The notes beneath the pieces were generated by a model that saw only the letters and a list, made by a program, of their open reading frames with translations, was not told where the DNA came from and ran no database searches. The translations under genes were made by a program, and so were the position numbers. From an uncultured Ohtaekwangia sp. (GTDB lineage Bacteria; Bacteroidota; Bacteroidia; Cytophagales; Cyclobacteriaceae), in the NCBI GenBank assembly GCA_964524935.1, contig CAZGFJ010000004.1, forward strand, positions 95,463 through 159,462: a DNA stretch of 64,000 bases, given 5' to 3'. Shown here one piece after another: positions 37,007 to 47,208 of the stretch (positions are counted from its first letter, which is position 1; each line of letters opens with the position of its first letter).

Positions 37007-37798
37007 ATGTCTGTTCTGTTTTTGGCCGGTTATGTGTGCGCCCTTTTTGTAGGCGTGGTGCTGGGGCTGTTGGGCGGTGGCGGCTCTATTCTCTCTATCC
37101 CCATTTTGGTCTATCTGTTTGGACTAGATCCGGTCATCGCTTCGGCTTACTCGCTCTTTATTGTAGGAGTCACCAGTTTGGTGGGTGCGGTCCCCAAGTA
37201 TCGCGAACACCTGGTCAACGTAAAAACCGCTGTTCTCTTTGGCATCCCTTCGATCGTAGCCATCTTCAGCACGCGTAAGTGGATCATCTCGGCTCTGCCA
37301 GACGTATTCTTTGCCGAACCCTTCATGCTGACCAAGCGGCTGGTCTTATTAGGTTTGTTTGCCGTGTTAATGGTGTTGGCCGCAGTAGCCATGATCCGCA
37401 AACGCAAAGAAGATACCGAGCCCCACCGCTATCGCACATTTTTGGTCATGGTGGAAGGGCTGTTGATTGGCCTGTTGACCGGCTTGGTAGGAGCCGGTGG
37501 CGGGTTCTTAATCATCCCCGCGCTGGTATTGCTCACGGGCCTTCCGTTCAAGACGGCCGTGGGCACTTCGCTATTCATCATCGCCATCAACTCGCTGCTC
37601 GGCTTTGCGGGCGATGTATTGAACTATGCGATTGACTGGCCCTTTCTTCTGAGCGTGACGGCCGTAGCCGTGGCGGGCATTTTCGTGGGCTCATCCCTTA
37701 GCGGCCGCTTTCGCGGCACCAGCCTGCGCAAGGCTTTTGGGTGGCTCACCTTCATTATGGGGATATTTATCCTGCTGCGCGAAACCGTCTTTTCCTAG
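37007..37798 (+). CDS. TauE/SafE family sulfite/anion exporter
   Basis: About 8 TM helices with duplicated 'GLLGGGGSILSIPILV' and 'GLVGAGGGFLIIPAL' motifs. Confidence 0.8.
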   Translation: MSVLFLAGYVCALFVGVVLGLLGGGGSILSIPILVYLFGLDPVIASAYSLFIVGVTSLVGAVPKYREHLVNVKTAVLFGIPSIVAIFSTRKWIISALPDVFFAEPFMLTKRLVLLGLFAVLMVLAAVAMIRKRKEDTEPHRYRTFLVMVEGLLIGLLTGLVGAGGGFLIIPALVLLTGLPFKTAVGTSLFIIAINSLLGFAGDVLNYAIDWPFLLSVTAVAVAGIFVGSSLSGRFRGTSLRKAFGWLTFIMGIFILLRETVFS

Positions 37799-37876
37799 CC
37801 ATTTGGGCCTGTAGGCCGCAAACCAAAAGATTTGTTGGAACTACACGCAACAAACTATAGCTCCTTTACGATTAAG

Positions 37877-37891
37877 GATAGTATTACTATC
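37877..37891. promoter_or_regulatory. palindrome GATAGTA-T-TACTATC, candidate TetR operator
   Basis: 7-bp perfect arms, 25 nt upstream of the TetR ATG (37916). Confidence 0.4.
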
Positions 37892-37915
37892 AAATTGGCC
37901 TAGACTACTAACAAA

Positions 37916-38593
37916 ATGGCGACCCTAACTTTCAGGCTAAACCAAAACCTATACCTGCGCGATCCGCAGCATACGGATTTGGGCCAAAAAATCATCCGCA
38001 AAAGCGTGGACATGATCGACAAGCTGGGTTTTGAACAATTCACGTTCAAAAAACTGGCCGATGAAATTGAATCTACCTAGGCATCGGTCTACCGGTATTT
38101 CGAAAACAAGCATCGGTTGCTGCTCTACCTGATATCGTGGTATTGGAGTTGGCTGGATTATCGGATCGATCTGTTTACAAGTACCTCTCCCGATGCTGAA
38201 GCCAAACTACGCGCCTGCCTGCGGGTATTGTGCGAAGAAAAAAAGTATGACCCCACATTTGAGTTTATCAACGAGGAGGCATTGCACCGCATTGTGGTGG
38301 CCGAGTTGGACAAAACCTATCTGACCAAATCGGTGGACCACGACAATCAGGAGGGTCTTTTTGTCGGGTTCAAATCGTTGTGTAAAAAAATTGCGGGATG
38401 GGTAGCCCAGGTGAACCCCTCTTATCCCTACCCCAATGCGTTGATCAGCATGATTTTATTGTCGGCCAAGCAGCAAGTTTTTTTTGCCGAGCACTTGCCT
38501 TCGCTTACCAATTTGCCGCGCTCGTCCGATCAACACCAAAAACTAAACCTATTTTTGGAAGACGTATTGTTCCGCACCATTCAAAAACACTGA
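37916..38593 (+). pseudogene. TetR/AcrR family regulator with an in-frame TAG inside the HTH
   Basis: MATLTF…FTFKKLADEIEST*ASVYRYFENKHRLLLYL…. The TAG at 38078-80 replaces the conserved residue of the TetR HTH (usually E or K). The rest of the frame is open to 38593. Confidence 0.7.
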
Positions 38594-38599
38594 CGCTCC

Positions 38600-40765
38600 A
38601 TGCTCTCCAATCAACATATACTTCAGTCGCTGCGCGAGTTGGCCGTATTGCTCAAACACGAGTACAATGTGGACGACCTGCGGCATTTGGAAATCAACCG
38701 ACATTACGAAAACAATGAACTCAATGAGTTCAAGCGCGACCTGGTAGAGGCGGGCAACAAAGTTCGTTTGCTGCTGTTGGAAAATAAATTGAGGAAAGAG
38801 GATTTTATCCAGTTCTTCAACGAGCAGCAGGCTACGGTGTTGCTCATCCATGAAACGCGCTCAGAATTTTTCCCCACCATCTTACACTACGACAAAAAAG
38901 CCAAGGCGCAGGCGTTTGATATCAAAGGCGATCACATCATCACGCACAACGAATCCATCCATGACGTGCTCGATGATTTCACCGATGAGCATGGCGAGAT
39001 TACGTTTTATGCCATTTTTGCCTATGCGAGCCCGTTGAGCATCCCCGAAGAAGGACATTCAGCCGGCCCTGTGCGCAGGCTGTTTCGCCTGCTCAACACC
39101 GAGCGCAAAGAAATTTTCTACATCCTCTTCTATGCCATCATCGTGGGGTTGGTGGGGTTAGTGCTGCCGCTCGGCATTCAAAATACGGTACAGTTAATCT
39201 CCGGGGGTGTCGTCTTCAGCTCCATTTACCTGCTGATCGGGGTGGTCATCCTGGGCGTGTTGCTCACGGGAGCCTTGCAAATAGTACAAATCAGCCTGGT
39301 GGAATTCTTACAGCGAAGGATATTTACCAAAGCCTCGCTTGAGTTTGCCTTCCGCATCCCGCGCCTCAAACTGGAGTCCATCACCAAAAGCTATGCGCCC
39401 GAACTCATCAACCGGTTTTTTGATGTGATCAACATCCAAAAAGGATTACCGAAGCTGTTGATCGACCTGTCCTCCAGCGTGGTGCAGATCTTCTTCGGTT
39501 TATTGCTCATCTCACTCTACCACCCCTTCTTTGTTTTCTTTGGATTGGTATTGCTTGGTACACTGGTTCTCATTTTCTATTTCACCGGCAGGCGGGGGAT
39601 GGAATCTTCCATCATGGAATCGAAGTACAAGTATAAGGTTGTGCAGTGGCTGGAGGAACTGGGCCGCGCGTTGCAGTCGTTTAAAATTGCGGGCAGCACC
39701 GATTTGCCCATCCGCAAAACCGACTACAACGTAAACAACTACCTGAAACATCGCAAAGTACACTTCTCCACCCTCATCACACAGTACTCCTTTATCATTG
39801 TGTTCAAGGCGGCCATCACGGGCGGGTTGCTGATCATGGGCACTACGTTGGTCATCAATCGCGAAATCACGCTCGGCCAGTTTGTTGCCTCTGAAATTGT
39901 GATCATTTTGATTCTGAATGCGGTGGAGAAGATCATCATGTACATGGATGTGGTGTATGATCTGCTCACAGCTGTAGACAAAGTAGGAACGGTGACTGAT
40001 CTTCCCATCGAAAAAGTGGGCGGCCTGGATTTCCCAAAAGTGCATGCGCAGGGATTTAGCGTGCGAACCAAAGCGCTTAAGTACCGCTATGCCGGGGCGG
40101 AGAAGGACTCCCTGCGTGGCGTTGACCTGGAAATCCACCCAGGAGAAACGGTCTGCTTGGCCGGGCCCGGCAGCTCGGGCAAAACGACCCTCACCAATAT
40201 CCTCACCGGGCTGTACACCAACTACGATGGGGTGGTCACGGTGAACAACCTTTCGCTGCGCGATCTGGACCTTACGCACATGCGCGACCAGGTAGCCAAA
40301 AACATTTCGCCCGAAGATCTTTTTGACGGAACCATCCTGGAAAACATCACGTTGGGCAAACCCACGGTAAACATCAACCATGCCGTGGAAGCCCTAGAGA
40401 TGGTGGGGTTAAGCGATACTATCAACGGCCTGAAAGAAGGGCTGAATACTCCCGTGGTCAGCGGTGGCAAGGGGTTATCCAACTCGATGGCGCAGCGCCT
40501 TATTTTGGCGCGCTGCCTGGCCAAAAGGCCAAAACTCATTGTGCTAAATGACTACTTCAACACGCTTTCAAAAGTAGATAAGATGGAATTGATTTCGGTG
40601 TTGATCAAACCCAACCATCCCTGGACGATGATCGTAGTATCCAACGACCCCGTGGTGATGGGCGCGTGCGACCGTGTGGTAGTGATGCAAGAGGGGGTCA
40701 TCACCGATCAGGGCACCTTCCAGGCACTGATGCAACAGGGCCGCTTGAACGACTTTATCCTATAA
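38600..40765 (+). CDS. ABC exporter (C39-like N-terminal domain + 6-TM + degenerate NBD)
   Basis: 721 aa. Walker A 'GPGSSGKTT' is intact, but the signature is 'LSNSMAQR', Walker B is 'LIVLNDY', there is no Q-loop Gln, and the H-loop position reads 'VSND'. The N-terminal roughly 150 aa lack a catalytic Cys. Confidence 0.8.
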   Translation: MLSNQHILQSLRELAVLLKHEYNVDDLRHLEINRHYENNELNEFKRDLVEAGNKVRLLLLENKLRKEDFIQFFNEQQATVLLIHETRSEFFPTILHYDKKAKAQAFDIKGDHIITHNESIHDVLDDFTDEHGEITFYAIFAYASPLSIPEEGHSAGPVRRLFRLLNTERKEIFYILFYAIIVGLVGLVLPLGIQNTVQLISGGVVFSSIYLLIGVVILGVLLTGALQIVQISLVEFLQRRIFTKASLEFAFRIPRLKLESITKSYAPELINRFFDVINIQKGLPKLLIDLSSSVVQIFFGLLLISLYHPFFVFFGLVLLGTLVLIFYFTGRRGMESSIMESKYKYKVVQWLEELGRALQSFKIAGSTDLPIRKTDYNVNNYLKHRKVHFSTLITQYSFIIVFKAAITGGLLIMGTTLVINREITLGQFVASEIVIILILNAVEKIIMYMDVVYDLLTAVDKVGTVTDLPIEKVGGLDFPKVHAQGFSVRTKALKYRYAGAEKDSLRGVDLEIHPGETVCLAGPGSSGKTTLTNILTGLYTNYDGVVTVNNLSLRDLDLTHMRDQVAKNISPEDLFDGTILENITLGKPTVNINHAVEALEMVGLSDTINGLKEGLNTPVVSGGKGLSNSMAQRLILARCLAKRPKLIVLNDYFNTLSKVDKMELISVLIKPNHPWTMIVVSNDPVVMGACDRVVVMQEGVITDQGTFQALMQQGRLNDFIL

Positions 40766-40778
40766 CCTGAAACGCGAT

Positions 40779-42083
40779 ATGTTACGACTTTCAAAAAAAT
40801 CAGTGGGCAAGTTGATGCCGCAGGAAAAGATGTACTCCCTGCGTTCGTTGGATGCGCCCCGGGCAGGCAAGCTGCTGGCGCGATGGATTATGGGAATCGC
40901 ACTGATCTTCTTTGTCATCCTCTTCTTCCCCTGGCAGCAGAACATCCGGGGCAAGGGAAAGGTAACGGCTCTCTCACCCAGCAACCGACCCCAAACGGTC
41001 GAAACGGTCATTGCGGGGCGGATACAAGAATGGAGGATACGCGAGGGGCAGCATGTCGAAAAAGGCGATACCATCGCGGTGATCAGCGAGGTGAAAGAGA
41101 AATTCTTTGACCCAAAGCTGCTGCAGCGCTTGCGCGAACAGATCCGCGCCAAGGAAGGAAGTTTGTCGTCCAAAGAGCTAAAGTCTGAATCGCTGCGAAG
41201 ACAAATCAACGCACTGCAAGCAGGCTTGCGCACCAAAACCGACCAGGCCAAGGCAAAATTGGAGGCCGAGCGTGTGCGTTTTATCAACTTGAAAAGTCAG
41301 TTTGAGCGAAACAAAACACTGTTCGAAGCGGGTAACATTCCACTGACCAAATACCAGGATATCGAATACAAATACCAGGCGGCTGAGGCCGACTTCATCA
41401 ATGCCGAAATCGAGATTGCCCAGGTGCAGGCCGACTACCTTGATAAGATCAACAAGGCCGAATCGGACTTGAACAACACATTGGCCGAGCTTTTTGACAC
41501 GCAGGCCGATTTGGCCAAGCTGCGCAACGAGTACGCCAACATGGAAATACGCAGCAACCAGTATTTTATCCTTGCTCCTCAAAGCGGCTACGTGGTGAAA
41601 GCGACCCAGGCAGGGATTGGCGAAACCATCACCGAAGGAGGGGCAGTCTGCACGATCATGCCCGAGTCCAACGATGTGGCCGTGGAAATGTACGTGCGTG
41701 CCATGGATGTGCCTTTGATCAGCAAAGGACGGGTGGTACGCATCGAGTTTGATGGGTTTCCGGCCCTGCAATTTAGCGGCTGGCCCAGTGTATCGGTTGG
41801 TACGTTTGGCGGTCGGGTGGAAGTGATCGACCTGGTGAACACGCGCCCGGGCGAATTCCGCATCTTGGTCACTCCTGACCCCAACGATGAAAAATGGCCC
41901 CCTCAGTTGCGCGTAGGGTCAGGCACCCAGGGCTGGATCATGTTGGATGATGTACCGGTATGGTACGAAATATGGCGGCAGTTGAACGGATTCCCTCCGA
42001 GCCTGTACGAAGAAGTATCACCCGAACAAATGGGCAAAGAGAAAACGGAAAAAGAGCCCAAGAAAAAAGAAGAAAGTGAGTAG
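40779..42083 (+). CDS. HlyD family membrane-fusion (periplasmic adaptor) protein
   Basis: N-terminal TM helix, a long coiled-coil region and beta-barrel motifs ('YFILAPQSGYV', 'VRIEFDGFP'). Confidence 0.85.
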   Translation: MLRLSKKSVGKLMPQEKMYSLRSLDAPRAGKLLARWIMGIALIFFVILFFPWQQNIRGKGKVTALSPSNRPQTVETVIAGRIQEWRIREGQHVEKGDTIAVISEVKEKFFDPKLLQRLREQIRAKEGSLSSKELKSESLRRQINALQAGLRTKTDQAKAKLEAERVRFINLKSQFERNKTLFEAGNIPLTKYQDIEYKYQAAEADFINAEIEIAQVQADYLDKINKAESDLNNTLAELFDTQADLAKLRNEYANMEIRSNQYFILAPQSGYVVKATQAGIGETITEGGAVCTIMPESNDVAVEMYVRAMDVPLISKGRVVRIEFDGFPALQFSGWPSVSVGTFGGRVEVIDLVNTRPGEFRILVTPDPNDEKWPPQLRVGSGTQGWIMLDDVPVWYEIWRQLNGFPPSLYEEVSPEQMGKEKTEKEPKKKEESE

Positions 42084-42087
42084 CCTT

Positions 42088-43545
42088 ATGAAAAAAACGT
42101 GGCTTGTCCTCGGCTTTTGCTTCGGGTGCGGGTGGGCAAACGCCCAAACTGCGTTTGACTCGTTGTTCATTTTGCCCGATTCGGTAAAGGCGTTCAGCCT
42201 GGAGAATTTCTATGCTGCTATTCTGGAGTTTCACCCCATTGTGCGGCAGACCAACTTGTTGCCCGAAACCGCGCGACAGGAGATTCGCATGGCGCGCGGG
42301 GCCTTCGACCCTAAAATCGAGACGCGCCTCGAAAACAAGGATTTTGATGGCAAGAACTACTACAACAAATTATACGGAGCCTTCAGTGTTCCCACGTGGT
42401 TTCCGGTTGATCCCAAAATCGGCTTCGAACGAAACACCGGTTCCTTTTTGAGCGATGAGTCGGAGTTGCCTGATGCCGACAACAACCGCCAGCTTTTTGC
42501 CGGAGTGTCGTTGCCCCTGGGCCGGGGTCTGTTTACTGACGAGCGAAGGGCTGCCCTTCAACAAGCGAAACTCTTCGCCCAAATGGCTGAAGCCGAGCAA
42601 ATCAAACTGATCAACAAAATACTGCTCGAAGCCGCCAAAGAATACTGGCAATGGTACTACGCCTATTACAACTATCGCCTCCTGAATCGCAATGCGGCCA
42701 TCGCGCGCGAAATATTCAGGCTGGTAAAGCTGGATGCCGACCTGGGCGAAGCCTCTGTGATAGATACCGTGCAGGCTAAGATCACCATGCAGGAGCGACT
42801 GGTGCAGCAACAGGAAGCGTTTATTCAGTTTTTGAATACCGGCATTCGGATCTCTAATTACCTGTGGGATACGCAGGGTAATCCGCTGGATCTGCAACCT
42901 AACGTAGCCCCCGTGTTGGTCTCCGATGATGGCGTATTGCTGGGAGTACAAACCCTGGAAAACCTGACGGAAATGGCCCGACAGAACCACCCCGAACTGC
43001 GCAAGCTGTCCGTAAAGCTTGATCAATTGGAGGTCGATAGACGCCTGGCGGTGGAATTTCTGAAGCCGCGCCTGGATTTGAATTATAACTTCCTCAATCA
43101 GCCGTTCAGTCCGCAAGGCGATGCGCAGCCGTTCCGCATAGGAGAAAATTATAAGTTCGGGTTGGATTTCTCCATTCCGATCTTTTTACGAAAAGAACGT
43201 GCCAAGCTGACCCAGACGAAGATCAAGATACTCAGTACCACCTATGAGCGTAACCAGGCTGAGCGCGACATTGTCAACCAGATCAATGCTACCTTCAATG
43301 AGATTGTCAACACCAACCAGATCATTACACAGCAGACCGACATGGCCAATAACTACGACCGCATCTTACGGGCGGAGTTGGTCAATCTGGAAAATGGCGA
43401 AAGTGATCTGTTCAAAATCAATATCCAGCAGGAAAAACTGATTCAGTCCCAATCAAAGTTACTCAAACTACAAGCCGAGTATGAAAAAATGAAGGCTACG
43501 ATTTACTGGGCGGCCGGGGTGCGCAACCTCAACTTCCTGCGGTAG
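42088..43545 (+). CDS. TolC family outer-membrane channel
   Basis: Signal peptide MKKTWLVLGFCFGCGWANAQ. Two-repeat alpha/beta TolC-like architecture. Confidence 0.8.
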   Translation: MKKTWLVLGFCFGCGWANAQTAFDSLFILPDSVKAFSLENFYAAILEFHPIVRQTNLLPETARQEIRMARGAFDPKIETRLENKDFDGKNYYNKLYGAFSVPTWFPVDPKIGFERNTGSFLSDESELPDADNNRQLFAGVSLPLGRGLFTDERRAALQQAKLFAQMAEAEQIKLINKILLEAAKEYWQWYYAYYNYRLLNRNAAIAREIFRLVKLDADLGEASVIDTVQAKITMQERLVQQQEAFIQFLNTGIRISNYLWDTQGNPLDLQPNVAPVLVSDDGVLLGVQTLENLTEMARQNHPELRKLSVKLDQLEVDRRLAVEFLKPRLDLNYNFLNQPFSPQGDAQPFRIGENYKFGLDFSIPIFLRKERAKLTQTKIKILSTTYERNQAERDIVNQINATFNEIVNTNQIITQQTDMANNYDRILRAELVNLENGESDLFKINIQQEKLIQSQSKLLKLQAEYEKMKATIYWAAGVRNLNFLR

Positions 43546-43549
43546 GCAA

Positions 43550-44995
43550 CTACAGTGGATTGAGAATTGATTCGACCACTTCCTCCACTACGCGCTCGGC
43601 CGAAGCCAATGCCCCGTTGATCGTTCCGGCATTGCCGGTGATGTCTGTAGCCTCGCCCGCAAAAAAAACTTTTCCCTGAACGGGTGTGGCCAGGGCGGCA
43701 CGGCTCTCCAAACTGCCATTGACCAGGGGATAGGAAACACCCCCTTTGATGTAGCGGTCCTGCGTCCAATTAAAGATGTATGAGATGATTTGTGGGGGCG
43801 GATCGATGGTTCGTCTTACAAACTCCGTGGCTTGTCCATTGTAGATTTCGTCCAACTCTGCCAATAGCAGCGGTGTAACATTGGCGATACCCAGCGCGAT
43901 GATCTGCTCTGCCTTCGCCCCGGTGACGGTGGCAGTCAGCGTTTGATACAGTTCACTGCGGGTCACACCTGCATTGAAATACTGCGGCACCAGATTGCCA
44001 CCCTGGATCATTCCCGTATTTTCTCCCCAAAAATTCTTTTTGAATTCCAGGATAATCCGCACACACGCATCCATGCCCAACTGAGAAAACGCACCCGTAT
44101 TGACACCGGGCAGCGCGGGCGTAAAGGCAATGTCGCCTGCTTTGAGCACCGCCAATGGCACAGTAACAATCACTTTGTCCACTTCGATTTGGTTACCGCT
44201 GCCCTCCGTCAGTACAATTCGCGCGCCTGCATAGTTGATGGAAACAATGGGCGTGTTGAACTTGGCCTGTCTGGCGATGGATGCGAACCGAGATACCAAC
44301 ACATCCTGCATCGGATTTTTGGTGATCAGGATCGCTTTCTGATCATGTGTAATCGCTCTCAGATTTTCGGCCAGGCCTTTGGCACCGATGCGCGATGCCG
44401 TAGAGCCAAAACGGTTGGCCGCCTGCGCATTGAGTAAGTTGGCAGCCCGCGGGGCAACCCCCGCAGCCGCTTGCACCGACACAGCCGGGCCGGTGTAATC
44501 GGCCAGGCCCGCCACAAAGTTTCGAACGGCCACAAAGTCGGCATCGCCTGCCCAATCTTCGGCTGTCTTAATCTGATTATCCAACCGGAACAAGTCTGTG
44601 GCTGCGGCATCGAGGTCCGCTTCGGCCACGTTCAGGTTGCGAACGATTTGGTTCCAGGTACTATCGCTGCCATAGATGATTTCAGCGCCCACCTCCACGG
44701 GAAAGTCGGCAATGGAGGTGATGGGCAACCCTTGTTCATCGCGCTGATTGCGCAGCGAACGTATGCGGCCACCCAACTGCCCCGAAGCTTCAAACAACAA
44801 CACCTTGACGCCCTTGGCCGAAAGGATGTCAGCCGCATAGAGACCTGCCGCGCCTGCGCCAATGACGGCCACCGTACCATCGTACTGAATTTCCGGCCCG
44901 GGGTCATCCTTCGCGCACGACAGCATCATGGAGGGCAGCACCATGCCGGCCGTCAAGCCAAAACCGAGTTGTTTAAGCAGTTCTCTTCGATTCAT
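43550..44995 (-). CDS. flavin-dependent amine oxidase family protein (Tat-type signal)
   Basis: 'MNRRELLKQLGF…', the FAD dinucleotide motif 'VAVIGAGAAGLYAA…LLFEASGQLGGR' and the C-terminal 'FFAGEAT'. Confidence 0.8.
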   Translation of the reverse strand: MNRRELLKQLGFGLTAGMVLPSMMLSCAKDDPGPEIQYDGTVAVIGAGAAGLYAADILSAKGVKVLLFEASGQLGGRIRSLRNQRDEQGLPITSIADFPVEVGAEIIYGSDSTWNQIVRNLNVAEADLDAAATDLFRLDNQIKTAEDWAGDADFVAVRNFVAGLADYTGPAVSVQAAAGVAPRAANLLNAQAANRFGSTASRIGAKGLAENLRAITHDQKAILITKNPMQDVLVSRFASIARQAKFNTPIVSINYAGARIVLTEGSGNQIEVDKVIVTVPLAVLKAGDIAFTPALPGVNTGAFSQLGMDACVRIILEFKKNFWGENTGMIQGGNLVPQYFNAGVTRSELYQTLTATVTGAKAEQIIALGIANVTPLLLAELDEIYNGQATEFVRRTIDPPPQIISYIFNWTQDRYIKGGVSYPLVNGSLESRAALATPVQGKVFFAGEATDITGNAGTINGALASAERVVEEVVESILNPL

Positions 44996-45128
44996 ATCCC
45001 CGAAAGATAAATGATCCTATGGATTTACGGAAAGATGAAAGGGTAACCAGTCCGGTCAGCCGCGTGGCATTTCAATACATTGATGTATTTTGTGGCAAAA
45101 TGGCTTCATGATATCCAGCGTTTCCCGC

Positions 45129-45665
45129 ATGGCTTCCCTTAAAAAGGTGTGCATCACCGGACCGGAGTGTACGGGCAAATCAGACCTGGCCGCGTTTTTG
45201 GCCACCCACTATCAAACCGCCTGGGTAGCCGAGTATGCTCGAGCCTATCTCGATAAACTCCACCACCCGTATCAGCAGGCCGACCTTACCAAAATTGCGC
45301 ACGGCCAACTGCGGTTGGAAGAAGAGTGGGCCCAGGAGGCCAATCGTATTCTCATTTGTGACACCAACTTGCTTACGATCAAAATCTGGAGCGACTACAA
45401 ATACGGAGTCTGTGATGATGATATCATTCAGTCGCTCCAAAGCCGTGTCTATGATCTGTACTTGCTTTGTTTTATTGATGTGCCCTGGGAAAACGATCCG
45501 CAGCGCGAACATCCCGATAAGCGTCAGCATTTTTGGGACGTGTACCGCCAAGAGGTAATCAAAACAGGCGTCCCTTTCGTAGAGATCAGCGGCTCCCGGG
45601 AGACGCGCAGGAAAAGAGCCATTGATGCCATCGACCATCTGTTGAATAGTTCATTCACCTCCTGA
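45129..45665 (+). CDS. NadR-type ribosylnicotinamide-kinase-like P-loop ATPase
   Basis: 'KKVCITGPECTGKSDLAAFLA…WVAEYAR' P-loop. The size (178 aa) fits. Confidence 0.65.
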   Translation: MASLKKVCITGPECTGKSDLAAFLATHYQTAWVAEYARAYLDKLHHPYQQADLTKIAHGQLRLEEEWAQEANRILICDTNLLTIKIWSDYKYGVCDDDIIQSLQSRVYDLYLLCFIDVPWENDPQREHPDKRQHFWDVYRQEVIKTGVPFVEISGSRETRRKRAIDAIDHLLNSSFTS

Positions 45666-45696
45666 CCTATATTTTTTTGCCCTTTCCATCTCCATC

Positions 45697-46923
45697 ATGA
45701 ATGATGCCTATGCGGCTTTGCGGCTGCCCGAATTCCGGTTGTTTTTGAGTGCGCGTGTCTGTGTTACCGTGGCCATCCAAATACAGGCCGTGGTGGTGGG
45801 CTGGCAGGTCTACGAAATCACCCGAGATGAATTAGCCCTGGGGCTAATTGGCTTGGCCGAGGCTATTCCGTACATCATCGTGTCATTGTATGCCGGCCAT
45901 GTGGCCGATGTGGTGGAACGCAAAAAAATCATGGTGGCCACCCTTGCGTTGTTGGCGGTGTGTTCCATCGCCCTTTTCTCGTTCACACTCGTGCCCGGTT
46001 TTTTTCTTTCCTGGCGAGCCATGCCTATCTATGCTGTAATCTTTCTGAGCGGCATCGCCCGTGGGTTTTTATCGCCTGCATTGTTTGCCCTGATGCCCCA
46101 GTTGGTACCGGCCGACAAGTTTAAAAATGCCATCACGTGGAACAGTACATTTTGGGAAGCATCCGCCATATTGGGGCCGGCCCTGGGCGGATTGCTGTAC
46201 ACGTTGTTTGATGTGACGGTTGCCTATGCCGTAGACATGACACTACTACTGACCGGTGTGGTGTTAGCGCTGCTGATCAGGAGTCGCCCGCTGCCTCCGG
46301 CTACTGAAGAAACGGGGATGTTTGAAAAGATACAGGCGGGACTAAATTTTGTCTTTGGCAGCAAGCTGATTTTAAGCGCTATTAGTTTGGACTTATTTGC
46401 GGTACTCTTTGGCGGAGCGGTGGCCTTGCTGCCTGTTTTTGCCGAAGAGATTTTACGTGTGGGCCCCTGGGGCCTGGGGCTGTTGCGGTGCGCCCCCTCG
46501 GTCGGGGCGGTGGTGATGGCTTTCTACATCGCACACCATCCTATCAAACGTCATATGGGGAAAATACTGCTGTGGGCCGTGGCCGGTTTCGGGCTAAGCA
46601 TGATCGCCTTTGCCTTGTCACAGGACTTCTACCTCTCGCTTGCGTTGCTGATGATAAGCGGGGGCTTTGATTGCGTGAGTGTGATTGTCCGAAGCACATT
46701 GCTGCAAACCCTTACGCCCGAAAATATGAAAGGGCGCGTATCGGCCGTCAATAACATCTTTATCGGCTCGTCCAACGAGATCGGTATGTTTGAGTCGGGC
46801 GTGGCCGCGAAATTATTAGGCGTGGTACCTTCCGTTATTTTTGGCGGTTGTATGACCCTGGGTGTGGTGGGTGCTACTGCCTGGCTGTCGAAGTCGCTTC
46901 GGAAACTCCAGAATTTGGGATAA
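45697..46923 (+). CDS. MFS transporter
   Basis: 408 aa, about 12 TM helices. 'GHVADVVERKKIM' is an MFS loop 2-3 motif. Confidence 0.8.
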   Translation: MNDAYAALRLPEFRLFLSARVCVTVAIQIQAVVVGWQVYEITRDELALGLIGLAEAIPYIIVSLYAGHVADVVERKKIMVATLALLAVCSIALFSFTLVPGFFLSWRAMPIYAVIFLSGIARGFLSPALFALMPQLVPADKFKNAITWNSTFWEASAILGPALGGLLYTLFDVTVAYAVDMTLLLTGVVLALLIRSRPLPPATEETGMFEKIQAGLNFVFGSKLILSAISLDLFAVLFGGAVALLPVFAEEILRVGPWGLGLLRCAPSVGAVVMAFYIAHHPIKRHMGKILLWAVAGFGLSMIAFALSQDFYLSLALLMISGGFDCVSVIVRSTLLQTLTPENMKGRVSAVNNIFIGSSNEIGMFESGVAAKLLGVVPSVIFGGCMTLGVVGATAWLSKSLRKLQNLG

Positions 46924-46931
46924 CCAATTTC

Positions 46932-47135
46932 TTACGAATTCAGCCATTGTTTCACGGACGTATGGCGCAGGCTTTTCAACAGGAGCAGCGCCATCCCGGC
47001 CATTTTTGCGATCATCCCCGCCAGCAAAAAACCATTAGCGCCCGTAGCGTGCATAATTTTAAGTGACGCCCCCACGGCCACCAGCGTCATACCTATCAGG
47101 ATAAGCCAAATCCCATGTTTGTTTTTGATGCGCAC
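46932..47135 (-). CDS. small two-TM membrane protein
   Basis: 67 aa: MRIKNKHGIWLILIGMTLVAVGASLKIMHATGANGFLLAGMIAKMAGMALLLL…. Confidence 0.45.
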   Translation of the reverse strand: MRIKNKHGIWLILIGMTLVAVGASLKIMHATGANGFLLAGMIAKMAGMALLLLKSLRHTSVKQWLNS

Positions 47136-47208
47136 GTATGTTGATTGATACCGTAAAAATAAAAAAACCTCATTCCTGACGCCATCCGACTATTTTCGGC
47201 CAAACTCA

